Shown: positions 8,669 to 19,649 of the stretch, piece by piece
How positions within the stretch are numbered: the stretch's first letter is position 1
Layout: every line of letters starts with the position of its first letter
DNA from: Nitrospirota bacterium
GTDB lineage: Bacteria > Nitrospirota > Nitrospiria > Nitrospirales > Nitrospiraceae
Length of the DNA: 64,000 nt
Reading direction: 5' to 3'
Assembly (NCBI GenBank): GCA_963701855.1
Contig: CAVPBK010000005.1
Location: 128,001 to 192,000 of the forward strand
Notes under the pieces: model-generated
The model's input: the letters and a program-made list of their open reading frames with translations, nothing else
Databases searched by the model: none
Told to the model about the DNA's origin: nothing
Translations under genes and position numbers: made by a program

Positions 8669-9085
8669 CTAGATGGAAGCAGGAGGCGTGACGGTCGATA
8701 CTTCATCTGAGCAGGCGCTTTCTATACCGTTATAGGCACTGACCGTAAAGTAGTAGACGGTATTAGGATCAAGATCTGTGACCGTGGCAGACACGGCTGT
8801 GGCCATGTCTGTTGGGGGTGCAACGTGTTTGGAACTTTCGTATGTGCAGCTACCTGGTTGACCTGGTGATTGACGGCCGTAATGGACAAAATAGGCAGTG
8901 ATTGAAGTATCTTTAACCGGACTCCATGCGAGAGACGCAGTGGCTCCTACCGGTGCCGCTGATGGTGCGCTGCCGGTCTCTCCTCCTCCCCCTCCGCCGC
9001 ATCCGGTCAGTAGAAGGGGCATTATCATAAGAAGACCCGCAACGATGGCGGACAGGCGTGGTGGTATATAAGCGGTTTCTGTCAT
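8669..9085 (-). CDS. Lipoprotein with fibronectin type III-like domain
   Basis: Lipobox LLTGC and Gly linker; LAWSP...Y.VHYG...TVTDL.PNTVYYFTVSAYN..ES..S motif. Confidence 0.8.
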   Translation of the reverse strand: MTETAYIPPRLSAIVAGLLMIMPLLLTGCGGGGGGETGSAPSAAPVGATASLAWSPVKDTSITAYFVHYGRQSPGQPGSCTYESSKHVAPPTDMATAVSATVTDLDPNTVYYFTVSAYNGIESACSDEVSTVTPPASI

Positions 9086-9226
9086 TCTAGCTAGTCCGAG
9101 GGAAGGATTGTTTCTTGGTCAAACCGCTCATGTGCTGCTCTAGGGGGCGGGCATGGTTGTCCTGATTTAGGTTCGGTCAACTTCGTGCGTGATACTGGGC
9201 AAGAAGATGAGTGTGATTAAACCATC

Positions 9227-9242
9227 AGCAAAGCGTGTGCCA
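9227..9242 (-). promoter_or_regulatory. Sigma-54 (-24/-12) promoter for the FN3 lipoprotein gene
   Basis: Minus strand reads TGGCACACGCTTTGCT, matching TGGCAC-N5-TTGC; an IHF-like AATCAAtcgtTTA lies at 9256-9268. Confidence 0.65.
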
Positions 9243-9399
9243 TGGCGCGACATTTTAAACGATTGATTTATTGATATAATTTTACGATGGCGTAGTTGAT
9301 TGAAAATGTTGGAGTTGTAGAGCCTGAAGGGGAGACCGTACAGATTCTGTCCGGCTCGGAGAGCGTCGCTCCATCCCGTTCTCCGCTTATTTATCCAGC

Positions 9400-10407
9400 T
9401 ATGACTCTCTCCAAGTTGGGAGAGGGCTCGATATCAAACGACTCAAGGAGTTGGCGCACGAGCACAGCAATCTGAAACGCCTCTATGCCGACATGGCGTT
9501 GGAGAATGCGGCGCTGAAGAATGTCCTCGCACAAAAGATCTACGGCTTGTTGAGCGGCAGGAGATGGTGATCCACCTGGCCACGCAAGGCGGCCTTTCGT
9601 TCAGCAGGCCTGTCAGGCTGTGGGACTCAGCCGGGCCCACCTACTATCGTCCCCTGGTGGATTGGGCATGCCGTGATGCGGCGGTGATAGAGGTACTGAC
9701 CACGTTGGGTACCACGAAACCCCGCCGGGGGTTTTGGAAATACGTGGACCAGTTGTGGCTTACCGGGTATCGCTGGAACCATAAGCGCTTGTGGCGGGTG
9801 TACTGCCGACTCCGACTCGATCTGCCGCGACGAACCAAGAAGCGGCTGCCGGTATGGCCAGTTGCACCCGATGGCCCTGATCCCACAGCCCAATGTCGTG
9901 TGGGTACTCGACTACATGGGTGAGACGTTGTAGGGCGGGCGGCGGTTCCGGACCTTGAATATTCTGAATGACGGGGTGCGAGAAGCCTTGGCGATCGAAG
10001 TGGACACGTCGTTGCCCGCCGAACGCGTGATTCTGGTGCTGGAGCTCGTAACAGCCTGGCGGGGCAACCGCAGGCCCTTCGGCGCGACAACGGCCAAGAA
10101 TTCCTCGCCGATCGTGTTGCAATCTGGTGTGCGGATCGTGGGATCGCGCTCCGGTGTATTCAGTCGGGCAAGCCCAATCAGAATGCCTTCATTGAAGGGT
10201 TCAATCGGACGGGGCGACATGCGGTGCTCGATGCGTATGTCTTCGAGTCTCTCGATCAGGTGTGAGACATCAGTGCGCAGTGGATGCAGGAGTACAATGA
10301 GGAGCGCCCCCATGACACCTTGGAGCGGGTGCCACTGTCCCTGTTCAGCGCCTGACAAACCGCCGGAAGTTCTTCTTTGAAACTATCTTCTTGACGGAGA
10401 AGCTTAC
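9400..10407 (+). mobile_element. Degenerate IS3-family element (OrfA C-terminus and OrfB with stops and frameshifts)
   Basis: OrfA-like DIKRLKEL...LKRLYADMALEN; OrfB pieces NHKR..RVY, W..DY, RTLNI.ND, DNG.EF, GKPNQNAFIE.FN, YNEERPH; IS3-like right end TTGACGGAGAAGCTTAC; left end uncertain. Confidence 0.85.
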
Positions 10408-11227
10408 GAAATGCCTCGGCTACATCGCGTACGTGGTGTCGGTCGATGAGGGCCGACAGGGTTCTCGATCCAGACCGTTTCATTGGGGACAATGATTTCG
10501 TAAGGACGGTGGTTTTTGATATGTGGGAGCAACTCGTTTTCGTAGGTGACGATCACGTCTCCCACTCCGCGCTCGAAAGTCGTGACCGATTCGCGCCCCC
10601 TCTTGTCCATCACCTTCACGTTTTTCTGGATGTGCTTCAACAACCCTACGGCAACGGCTTCTGCCGATTCGGCACTCGGTTTCTTTCCGGCACCTGCCTG
10701 CTGCTCGGCAAGTTTCAGCCCAGCTCCATAGATCGTGAGATCGCGACCGCATCCCACATCGCTCCGCCCGGCGTCTTGGGATTTGGATAGAGGACTTCTA
10801 TGCCGGGTCTGGCGAGATCCTCCCGGACCTTGATCCCCTTCGGATTTCCCTTCCGCACCCCGAGTGCGACGACTGAGGCGGAGATCATCCCTTTGTGCGG
10901 TCCTGTCCGCCAGTCATGAGAAATCAATCCCGCCTTGGCGATCTGGTCGAGATCACCCTCCAGTGAGAGCGCTGCCACGTCGGCGTCGAACCCTCCGATG
11001 ATCGCCCTAGCCTGGGCACCAGATGCTCCGTACGAACTTCGGATACGAACGTCTTGTCCCGTCCGTTGTTTCCAGCTCCGCTGGAACGCAGGTATGATCG
11101 TGCGTTCGTAGGCTTCCTTTGGCATGCTATAGACCGCCAGCACCAACTCCTTGGTCTCTCCGGCTATGACGGAACTGGAGAATGCTACTCACGCTAGCAA
11201 GACAGGAAATAGGATTGAGACAAACAT
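10408..11227 (-). pseudogene. sbp: Sulfate ABC transporter substrate-binding protein, disrupted
   Basis: SYGASGAQARAI..G..ADV, VRKGNPKGI, PNPKT.GGA and GDVIVTYENE motifs; TGA in the signal peptide, frameshift near 10750, 3' end cut by the IS3 remnant. Confidence 0.85.
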
Positions 11228-11262
11228 AATGACTTTTCTCCGATCGGACGATGACAGCAAGG

Positions 11263-11706
11263 TTAATTCACACGCTTCGCCGGCTTTGCCATGGCAAACT
11301 GGCTCAGCGTGTAATGATCCAGAATATCGGCGATGGCATTGCGAACTTCACCCATCGCATCTTGCAACGGACAGTACGGCTTCGTTGCATAGGGGCAGTC
11401 GCTACACTTTTGATAGGCGGTTTTGCTCACACAGGAAATAGGCGCGAGTGGCCCATCCAAGATGCGGATCACTTGGCCCAAGGTGATTTCGTCGGGCGAC
11501 TTGATCAGCGTATAGCCGCCCTTCACTCCGCGACGACTTGAGAGGAGGCCGGCTCGTTTCAGTGCCAGGAGGATCTGCTCAAGAAATTCAACTGGAATAT
11601 GTTGGCGCGTCGCAATCTGGTGGCGCTGTAGCGTCAGCTTACCATGGGCAAGGGCGAGCTCAAGCAGTGCGCGGAGTCCGTACTCGCTCTTTTTTGAAAG
11701 CTTCAC
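11263..11706 (-). CDS. Rrf2-family transcriptional regulator (upstream of the sulfate uptake gene)
   Basis: MKLSKKSEYGLRAL, FLEQIL..LKRAGL..SRRG..GGY and GPLAPISC motifs; four C-terminal Cys. Confidence 0.9.
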   Translation of the reverse strand: MKLSKKSEYGLRALLELALAHGKLTLQRHQIATRQHIPVEFLEQILLALKRAGLLSSRRGVKGGYTLIKSPDEITLGQVIRILDGPLAPISCVSKTAYQKCSDCPYATKPYCPLQDAMGEVRNAIADILDHYTLSQFAMAKPAKRVN

Positions 11707-11982
11707 AGAGGGGCAGGCCTAATTATGAGTGAGTTAGTTAAGATGTAGAACAATAGGGTACCGCGCTACTCCCGTCAAGTGTCGATCTGAAAAAATGAGC
11801 GGAATAATTCAAGATCTCCAATCCATGGTGCTCATCAATTTCATAGAGACAATGTGCTGCAACTTGTTGATCCTAGAGGGGTTGTGCCTTGACAGGCTCT
11901 GCAAATTCCTGTTAGCTTCTCTGCTCATTTCAACGCGCCTAGCGTAAGAGTTCAGGCTTCTATCACAACGACTGGACTGTTC

Positions 11983-12924
11983 GTGACCTTCCAGGATCTC
12001 ATTCTCACATTGCATCAGTACTGGGCCGAGCAAGGCTGCGTCCTACACCAACCCTATGATTTGGAAATGGGGGCAGGCACCTTTCATCCAGCCACATTTC
12101 TCAGGTCCCTTGGCCCGGAGCCCTGGCGGGCCGCCTATCCCCAACCATGTCGGCGTCCCACGGATGGACGATACGGAGAGAACCCCAATCGCATGCAGCA
12201 CTACTATCAGTATCAGGTTGTGTTGAAGCCGGCGCCGGACAACATTCAAGCATTGTATTTGGAGAGTCTGGCTCAATTGGGGATTAACCCGAAGCAGCAC
12301 GACATCCGGTTTATTCAAGACGATTGGGAATCACCTACGTTGGGCGCTTGGGGTCTGGGCTGGGAGGTGCGCCTTGATGGAATGGAGATTACCCAGTTCA
12401 CCTACTTCCAAGAAATCGGCGGGATCGAACTGAATCCCATTACCGTCGAAATCACCTATGGGACTGAACGCATCGCGATGTATCTGCAGCAGGTAAATAA
12501 CGTCTTCGACCTCGCTTGGAACGATTCCGTCACGTATGGCGATATCCATCATGAAACCGAAGTGCAATTCTCCACCTACAATTTTGAAGAGGGCGATGTG
12601 GCGATGCTCATGGCCACGTTTCAATCGTTCGAGGGAGAATGCAAGAGGCTGTTGGCGAATCGCGACAAACGGTTGACGCTCCCGGCCTACGAATTCTGTA
12701 TAAAATCATCGCACCTCTTCAATCTGCTCGATGCCAGGGGGGCGATCAGCGTGGCGGAGCGCACCGGCTATATCGCCAGGGTTCGAGCGCTTGCGCGCCA
12801 ATGTGCCGAACGCTACATCGAGGAGCGGGCGGCGATGGGGCATCCACTGCTCAATCGCGGGATGGGGCGTGATGGAGCGAAAACATCACGTATTCGTTCC
12901 AAGGCTGTGGCCCGCCGCTCATAA
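11983..12924 (+). CDS. glyQ: Glycine-tRNA ligase alpha subunit
   Basis: [42 protein letters not shown]. Confidence 0.98.
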   Translation: MTFQDLILTLHQYWAEQGCVLHQPYDLEMGAGTFHPATFLRSLGPEPWRAAYPQPCRRPTDGRYGENPNRMQHYYQYQVVLKPAPDNIQALYLESLAQLGINPKQHDIRFIQDDWESPTLGAWGLGWEVRLDGMEITQFTYFQEIGGIELNPITVEITYGTERIAMYLQQVNNVFDLAWNDSVTYGDIHHETEVQFSTYNFEEGDVAMLMATFQSFEGECKRLLANRDKRLTLPAYEFCIKSSHLFNLLDARGAISVAERTGYIARVRALARQCAERYIEERAAMGHPLLNRGMGRDGAKTSRIRSKAVARRS

Positions 12925-12941
12925 GAACCGCAGAAGGATTC

Positions 12942-15131
12942 ATGCCAAAGAATCAGAAACCTCGCCGTACTGCTCCTCCTGCGAAGAAGGGGAATCGCCC
13001 GTCTTCAGTGACCGTTGCCGAGTTGTTGCTGGAGATCGGCGTCGAAGAACTTCCCTACCAGTTCATCGCTCCTGCCATGGCTGCTTTCAAAGATTCGACT
13101 GAGCAGCTGTTGAAAGACCAATGTCTTGCATTTCAATCAGCCCGTACGTTGGGAACTCCACGGCGGTTGACCCTGGTGGTTGAGGGCCTTGCGACGCAGC
13201 AAACCTCCATGGTCAAGGAAGCGATGGGACCTTCGAAGGCGGTGGCGTTTGATCAAGCCGGCCAGCCGACCAAAGCAGCGATAGGATTTGCCACAGGACA
13301 AGGAGTCTCTGTTCAAGAGCTACAGATTCGCCGGACTTCAAAGGGAGAATATCTTTTTGCGGTGAAGCAGGAACAGGGTCGGCCCGCCAACGTGGTCCTG
13401 AAAGAACTCCTTCCGCAGTTGGTCGCGAAACTATCTTTTCCGAAAGCGATGAAGTGGAATAGCACAGGTGCCCGGTTTGCGCGACCGGTGCGGTGGCTGG
13501 TGGCCTTGTATGGAGGGGCTACATTGCCGATCGAAGTAGCGGGGATTACTGCCGGGAATAAGACCGAAGGTCATCGCGTGTTAGGGAGCGCCAAGGGACT
13601 TGTGATTCGAGATGCCGAGTCCTATCTGAAGGGGCTTGAACGTCAAGGGGTCATTCCCGATCCGGAGCGCCGCCGTCGTATGATCGAAGAACAGATCGCG
13701 GCATTGTGTAAGAAGACCGGCTTCATGTTGAATCTGGACGGAGACTTATTGGATCAGGCGGTCTATACGACCGAATGCCCCAACGCCATTATCGGATCTT
13801 TCAAGCCAGCTTATCTGGAGGTGCCGCAAGAGATTTTGATCACCTCCATGAAAGAGCATCAAGGATTCTTTTCTTTGCGGCACAAAGAGACCGGGAAGCT
13901 CGTGCCCCATTTCATTGCGGTGGCGAATAATCGAGCCAAAGATATGGGATTGATTCGTGAAGGCAACGAGCGCGTCTTAGCGGCGCGTCTGGCCGATGCC
14001 AAGTTTTTCTTTGACGAAGATCGGAAGGTCAAGCTCGGGAAACGTGTGACAAAACTTTCCGGGGTCACGTTCCACCAGAAACTCGGGACCATGGAGAAGA
14101 AGCAGCAACGGGTCAGGAGGCTGGCTGGCTTTATTGCCGCGAGTGTGCGACCTAAGGACGACGAATTGAAACAGGCTTGCGAGCGGGCTGCGGATCTCTG
14201 CAAGGCAGACTTGCTCACTGGTGTGGTTGGAGAATTTCCAGAACTGCAGGGCATCATGGGGGGCGAGTACGCGAAATATGACGGTGAGTCTGAGGCGGTC
14301 AGTCAAGCCATCAGAGAGCAATATCTTCCTCGATCGATTGAAGGTGAGTTGCCCAAGACTATCGCGGGTCAAGTGCTGTCGTTGGCCGACCGGCTGGATT
14401 CGGTCGCGGCTTTCTTTTATGTGGGCCTCGTACCAACCGGTTCGGAGGACCCCTTTGCGTTGCGCAGGAATGCCACGGCCATTGTCCGGATTATTTTGGA
14501 GGGACACCTCCAAATGAATCTTGCGAAATATATCGATAACGCGATCAACAATATTCACGATGATGGATTCAAGGGAACTCAGGGCTTTGAGCTACAAGGT
14601 CGTCGACAAGTCACGGAATTCATTTTTGAGCGTGTTCGACATTACGCCAGGATCGTTCATGCCTTGCGGGACGATGTCATTGAGGCGGTGCTTAAGCAAG
14701 CGCACGACAAGGCGCTGGATCTCGTGGATCTCGTGCAGAGAATGAAGGCACTGGAATCCGTGACGACGAAGCCTGAATTCGATCCTCTGATCGTCGGGTT
14801 CAAGCGGGCGCACAGGCTCGTTGAGAAAGAACAGTGGGATCGCAAACCGGTCGATAGGGCGCGGTTCGAGCATCCCACGGAGTCGGCACTCTGCCAAGCC
14901 ACGGTGGATGAGCGGGAGAAGATGACATCTGCGATGAACCGCGGGGAGTATGGCCAAGCCCTGGATGCACTGGTCCGTCTGAAGCCTGCCATTGATGCGT
15001 TCTTCACAGCGGTCATGGTGAATGCGGAGGATCAGGCCGTCCGAAGCAACCGTTTGTCATTGCTTAAGGAAGTGGACGACTTCTTCAACTCATTCGCGGA
15101 CTTTTCGCAGATTGTGGTACAAGGGAGTTAG
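12942..15131 (+). CDS. glyS: Glycine-tRNA ligase beta subunit
   Basis: LLLEIGVEELP, TPRRL, GNERVLAARLADA.FFF, GEFPELQGIMG, GSEDPFALRR. Confidence 0.97.
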   Translation: MPKNQKPRRTAPPAKKGNRPSSVTVAELLLEIGVEELPYQFIAPAMAAFKDSTEQLLKDQCLAFQSARTLGTPRRLTLVVEGLATQQTSMVKEAMGPSKAVAFDQAGQPTKAAIGFATGQGVSVQELQIRRTSKGEYLFAVKQEQGRPANVVLKELLPQLVAKLSFPKAMKWNSTGARFARPVRWLVALYGGATLPIEVAGITAGNKTEGHRVLGSAKGLVIRDAESYLKGLERQGVIPDPERRRRMIEEQIAALCKKTGFMLNLDGDLLDQAVYTTECPNAIIGSFKPAYLEVPQEILITSMKEHQGFFSLRHKETGKLVPHFIAVANNRAKDMGLIREGNERVLAARLADAKFFFDEDRKVKLGKRVTKLSGVTFHQKLGTMEKKQQRVRRLAGFIAASVRPKDDELKQACERAADLCKADLLTGVVGEFPELQGIMGGEYAKYDGESEAVSQAIREQYLPRSIEGELPKTIAGQVLSLADRLDSVAAFFYVGLVPTGSEDPFALRRNATAIVRIILEGHLQMNLAKYIDNAINNIHDDGFKGTQGFELQGRRQVTEFIFERVRHYARIVHALRDDVIEAVLKQAHDKALDLVDLVQRMKALESVTTKPEFDPLIVGFKRAHRLVEKEQWDRKPVDRARFEHPTESALCQATVDEREKMTSAMNRGEYGQALDALVRLKPAIDAFFTAVMVNAEDQAVRSNRLSLLKEVDDFFNSFADFSQIVVQGS

Positions 15132-15146
15132 ACAGGATATGTAACC

Positions 15147-15665
15147 ATGGCACAACATCCTCCCATGGATGCCGCGATCACAGTGACCGGTGATGTTGAG
15201 TCACGCCAGGCGCTGGTTCGGCGATTCGCCAGGGTGGTGTCTCTCGCCATGATTATTCTCTGCAATACGATCGTGTTGGTTGGGTTATGGGCCAGTGGGA
15301 TTAATCTCGATGAACTGGTAGCGACCCCCGATGTGTTCAACTCCAAACAGGATATTTGTCTGCGGCTCGGCTGGCAGCCCGTTACGGGAGCGGTGGACCC
15401 GGTGCCTCTCTGCTCGGAATGGATCCATCTGTCCGATCCGTCCGGCAAGACTCATCAGTTGCAACGGGACACCAAGTTTCGGCAAGGACAGGACGGGCAG
15501 TATTATGTAGATCGGCCAGGGCACGCCGATTATCGGTTACTTATATTGGTGCTGGTTGTCATGGCAGTCATTGCGTTCGGGCTGGTGGCGAAATGGTATC
15601 TGGTCGGCTGGTATCGGCTGCGTCTCGAATCCGCCTCCGGCCATGGGGCGTCGCTTGTCCATTGA
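15147..15665 (+). CDS. Hypothetical membrane protein (two TM helices)
   Basis: ORF in operon context between glyS and ppdK. Confidence 0.7.
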   Translation: MAQHPPMDAAITVTGDVESRQALVRRFARVVSLAMIILCNTIVLVGLWASGINLDELVATPDVFNSKQDICLRLGWQPVTGAVDPVPLCSEWIHLSDPSGKTHQLQRDTKFRQGQDGQYYVDRPGHADYRLLILVLVVMAVIAFGLVAKWYLVGWYRLRLESASGHGASLVH

Positions 15666-15699
15666 ATTGAACTGAAGTCAACGCGAAGGAGAGGGCAGC

Positions 15700-18534
15700 G
15701 TGGCAAAGAAATATGTGTACTACTTCGGTGACGGCGTGGCCGAAGGGACGTCCAACATGAAAGAACTTCTTGGCGGGAAGGGTGCCGGACTTGCCGAAAT
15801 GACGAATCTCGGCATCTCCGTTCCGCCCGGCTTCACGATCTCCACCGAGGCCTGCGTTGAATATTACAAGAACGGGAAAGAGTATCCTCCCGGCATGTGG
15901 GACGCGGCGTTGAAATCGCTCAAGCAGGTCGAGCGGTCAATGGGCATGGGGTTCGGCGATCCTGAGCGGCCGCTGCTGGTTTCCGTCCGATCCGGCGCCC
16001 GGGCCTCGATGCCTGGCATGATGGACACGGTGTTGAACGTCGGTCTGACGACCAAGACGGTTGAAGGGCTGGCGGTAAAAACACGCAACGATCGGTTTGC
16101 CCAGGACAGCTATCGTCGCTTTGTGTCCATGTACGGCAGTATCGTCATGGGCGTACCCCGCGAACATTTCGAAGCGATCCTCAAGCACAAGAAGGCCGAG
16201 GTGGGTGTTGCGCACGAAACCCATCTCGATGCGCGGCATCTCCGGGAATTGGTCTCCAGCTTTAAGGCGCTCATCAAGGAAGAGACGAAGAAAGAGTTCC
16301 CCGATGAGCCGCTTGAACAGCTTCGATTGGCCGTCAACGCCGTCTTTTCATCCTGGTTCGGGGCGCGAGCCGTCACCTATCGGCGTCTCTATGGGATTCC
16401 CGACTCGTGGGGCACGGCCATTAATGTGGTGGCAATGGTATTCGGCAATATGGGGGAGACAAGTGGTACTGGTGTGGCCTTCACGCGTAATCCTGCAACT
16501 GGCGACAAACACTTTTTCGGCGAGTGCTTGATGAATGCCCAAGGCGAGGATGTCGTAGCCGGCATTAGGACCCCGCTTCCGGTCAATGCGCTGGCCAAGA
16601 ATGTGCCGGAGGCTTACAAGGAACTGGAGCACACCTACAAGAAGCTCGAAAAACATTACCGGGATATGCTCGATTTGGAATTTACGATCCAAGAGGGCAA
16701 ACTCTACATGTTGCAAACCCGAGTCGGCAAACGGACCGGAATTGCCGCCGTCAAGATTGCGGTCGATATGGTCAGAGAGGGTCTTATTTCGAACCGGGAG
16801 GCGGTGCAGCGGATCGGACCGGAGCAGTTGTCGCAATATCTTTATCCGATTTTCGATACGAAAGAAGAGGCAAAATCTAATCCGCTGGGCAAGGGCCTCC
16901 CAGCCGGTCCTGGCGCTGCAGCTGGGAAGATCGCTCTCACTCCTGATCGGGCCGTGACGATGAAGACGGCTGGTACTCGTGTGGTGTTGGTCAGACAGGA
17001 AACCAGCCCAGACGACATTCATGGGATGAACGCCGCAGCAGGATTTTTGACGGCACGGGGCGGAATGACATCCCATGCTGCGGTGGTCGCACGGCAAATG
17101 GGCAAGGTCTGCGTAGCCGGCTGCGAAGCGGTGGAAGTACTGGACGGCCAGTCCGTTCGCATCGGGGCCAAAGTGTTCCGCGAGGGGGATTATCTTTCGA
17201 TCAACGGTTCGACCGGCAATGTGTACGAAGGGGACCTGCCCGTCGTTGAATCTGAAATCATTCAAGTCATCCAGGGCAAGTTGGATGCGAAGAAGTCAGA
17301 TAAGTATCAGCGCTTCGCGATGATTCTGTCATGGGCCGACCGTGTACGGAAGCTGCGCGTCCGCGCCAATGCGGATGTGCCGGATCAGGCGAAAATCGCG
17401 CGTGGTTTCGGTGCGGAAGGGATTGGGCTCTGTCGGACGGAGCATATGTTCTTCGCCGAGGATCGCATTCCGATCATGCAGAAGATGATCTTGGCGCGGA
17501 CCAAAGAGGAGCGAGAAAAGTTTCTCGATCAGCTTCTGCCGCTGCAAAGGCAGGATTTCATCGGGCTCTATCGCGAGATGGCGGGCTATCCAGTCACTAT
17601 TCGTCTGCTTGATCCGCCGTTGCACGAATTTCTGCCAAAGCGTGAAGACCTGATGGTGGAGATTGCGCAGTTGGAGCTGACCGGGCGCGATGGAGCCAGG
17701 CTGGAAGAAAAGCGCCGCTTGCTGGCCCGTGTCGAGGAACTCCACGAATTCAATCCCATGCTCGGGTTGCGCGGGTGTCGACTCGGGATTACGATGCCGG
17801 AGATTACCCGCATGCAGGCGCGGGCTATTATGGAAGCCGCGTGTGAGCTGGCCAAGGAAGGGAAGAAGATCGTCCCCGAGATCATGATCCCGCTGGTGGG
17901 GATGGTCTCGGAAATGAAGGCGCAGAAAGATTTGATTCGCGAGGCGGCGCAGGAGACGATGAAGCGGTACAACGTGAAGCTCTCCTATCTTGTGGGCACC
18001 ATGATCGAGCTGCCGCGTGCCGCAGTGACGGCCGATCGCATTGCGACAGAGGCGGAGTTCTTTTCATTTGGGACGAACGACCTCACCCAGACCACATTCG
18101 GTTTTTCCCGTGACGATGCGGCAAAGTTCATCGATTTTTATCGAACGGCGAACATTCTTGAGTCCGACCCGTTTGCTGTGCTCGATCGAGAGGGAGTGGG
18201 GGCCTTGATGAGGCAGGCCATTGCCGGAGGCCGGAAGACACGTCCTGGGATTAAACTCGGCATCTGCGGTGAGCATGGCGGCGATCCCAGTTCCGTGGAG
18301 TTCTGTCATGAGCTCGGATTGGACTACGTGAGCTGCTCACCGTATCGCGTTCCCATTGCAAGGCTTGCCGCAGCCCACGGGGCTTTGGCTGAAGCCGAAT
18401 CGAGCGGTTCACGCCTTACGCGCAAGGTGTCAGGGTCTCGTGCGAAGGCGAAGAAGGCAACGATGAAGACTACGAAGACGAAGTCGGCTCAGCGGCCTCG
18501 CAGCCGATCGCGCATCACGCGCAAGACACGGTGA
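15700..18534 (+). CDS. ppdK: Pyruvate, phosphate dikinase
   Basis: LLGGKGAGLAEM, SVRSGARASMPGMMDT, GGMTSHAAVVAR, GIGLCRTEHMF, SFGTNDLTQ, GICGEHGG. Confidence 0.98.
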   Translation: MAKKYVYYFGDGVAEGTSNMKELLGGKGAGLAEMTNLGISVPPGFTISTEACVEYYKNGKEYPPGMWDAALKSLKQVERSMGMGFGDPERPLLVSVRSGARASMPGMMDTVLNVGLTTKTVEGLAVKTRNDRFAQDSYRRFVSMYGSIVMGVPREHFEAILKHKKAEVGVAHETHLDARHLRELVSSFKALIKEETKKEFPDEPLEQLRLAVNAVFSSWFGARAVTYRRLYGIPDSWGTAINVVAMVFGNMGETSGTGVAFTRNPATGDKHFFGECLMNAQGEDVVAGIRTPLPVNALAKNVPEAYKELEHTYKKLEKHYRDMLDLEFTIQEGKLYMLQTRVGKRTGIAAVKIAVDMVREGLISNREAVQRIGPEQLSQYLYPIFDTKEEAKSNPLGKGLPAGPGAAAGKIALTPDRAVTMKTAGTRVVLVRQETSPDDIHGMNAAAGFLTARGGMTSHAAVVARQMGKVCVAGCEAVEVLDGQSVRIGAKVFREGDYLSINGSTGNVYEGDLPVVESEIIQVIQGKLDAKKSDKYQRFAMILSWADRVRKLRVRANADVPDQAKIARGFGAEGIGLCRTEHMFFAEDRIPIMQKMILARTKEEREKFLDQLLPLQRQDFIGLYREMAGYPVTIRLLDPPLHEFLPKREDLMVEIAQLELTGRDGARLEEKRRLLARVEELHEFNPMLGLRGCRLGITMPEITRMQARAIMEAACELAKEGKKIVPEIMIPLVGMVSEMKAQKDLIREAAQETMKRYNVKLSYLVGTMIELPRAAVTADRIATEAEFFSFGTNDLTQTTFGFSRDDAAKFIDFYRTANILESDPFAVLDREGVGALMRQAIAGGRKTRPGIKLGICGEHGGDPSSVEFCHELGLDYVSCSPYRVPIARLAAAHGALAEAESSGSRLTRKVSGSRAKAKKATMKTTKTKSAQRPRSRSRITRKTR

Positions 18535-19649
18535 CCGTCGCCACACCGCACTGCCACTTCATGGCCCTGGCACTCCGTCTCGCGGCGAAGGGCCGGGGCA
18601 GGACCAGCCCGAATCCCATGGTCGGTGCCCTCGTGGTCAAGAACGGCCGCATCGTGGGCCGCGGATACCATCACGGTCCAGGGCAACCTCACGCAGAAAT
18701 TCTTGCGCTCAAGCAAGCAGGGCCACGCGCTCGTGGCGCAACGCTTTACGTTACGCTCGAACCCTGTTGCCACCTCCTCAAACGAACCCCCCCTTGCGTC
18801 CCGGCAGTGGTTCAATCCGGTGTACAACAAGTGGTGGTGGCGATGACTGACCCCAATCCCATGGTCAAAGGCCGAGGGATTGTTGCCTTACGTCGAGCTG
18901 GGATCACGGTGACAACGGGTATCGTCCAAGAGGAAGCGGCGCAGTTGAATCGTGTCTATCTCCATTGGGTGAGGATTGGTCGTCCCTATGTGATCTTGAA
19001 GGCCGGGATGACGTTGGATGGGAAAGTGGCGACAGCAAAGGGGGAGTCTCGATGGATTACTGGTCCGCGTGCGCGGCAAGATGCGCACCGGCTCCGGAGT
19101 CAGGTGGATGCGGTGGTCGTTGGGGTGGGTACCGTCATTCACGATAATCCTACGCTGACGGCGCGACTGTCCGATCGCCCACTTAAGCTGGCGCCTCGGC
19201 AACCATTGCGTGTCGTGCTTGATAGCCGACTTAGGACTCCACCCACTGCGACGGTCTGTGCCAAGCAGGACCAAGCGAAGACGTTGATCGTGACCACAAG
19301 CCGTGCATCTCGGTCACGGCGCCGCCCATTTGAACGGGCAGGGGTGGAGGTCCGGTCCCTCTCGGCAAAGAACGGGCATGTCTCGCTTTCGGCGCTGATG
19401 ACGATGCTGGGCAAGCGCGGGATTACGTCCGTGCTCATCGAGGGAGGCAGCACCGTCAATGCCGCAGCATTACGCGAGAAACTGGTCAATCACGTCGTGC
19501 TCTATCTTGCGCCGACTCTTATGGGAGGGCAGGACGCCAAGGCAATGATCGGCGATCGCAGCCCGAAGCGCTTGGACCAAGCGCTGCCATTACGTCATGT
19601 CACGGTCCGCCGCATCGGGAAAGATTTTGTTGTGGAAGGAGATGTGTGA
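18531..19649 (+). CDS. ribD: Bifunctional riboflavin biosynthesis deaminase/reductase
   Basis: TSPNPMVGA, HAE, TLEPC.H...TPPC, TLDGK.AT, LIEGG. Confidence 0.96.
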   Translation: MTVATPHCHFMALALRLAAKGRGRTSPNPMVGALVVKNGRIVGRGYHHGPGQPHAEILALKQAGPRARGATLYVTLEPCCHLLKRTPPCVPAVVQSGVQQVVVAMTDPNPMVKGRGIVALRRAGITVTTGIVQEEAAQLNRVYLHWVRIGRPYVILKAGMTLDGKVATAKGESRWITGPRARQDAHRLRSQVDAVVVGVGTVIHDNPTLTARLSDRPLKLAPRQPLRVVLDSRLRTPPTATVCAKQDQAKTLIVTTSRASRSRRRPFERAGVEVRSLSAKNGHVSLSALMTMLGKRGITSVLIEGGSTVNAAALREKLVNHVVLYLAPTLMGGQDAKAMIGDRSPKRLDQALPLRHVTVRRIGKDFVVEGDV

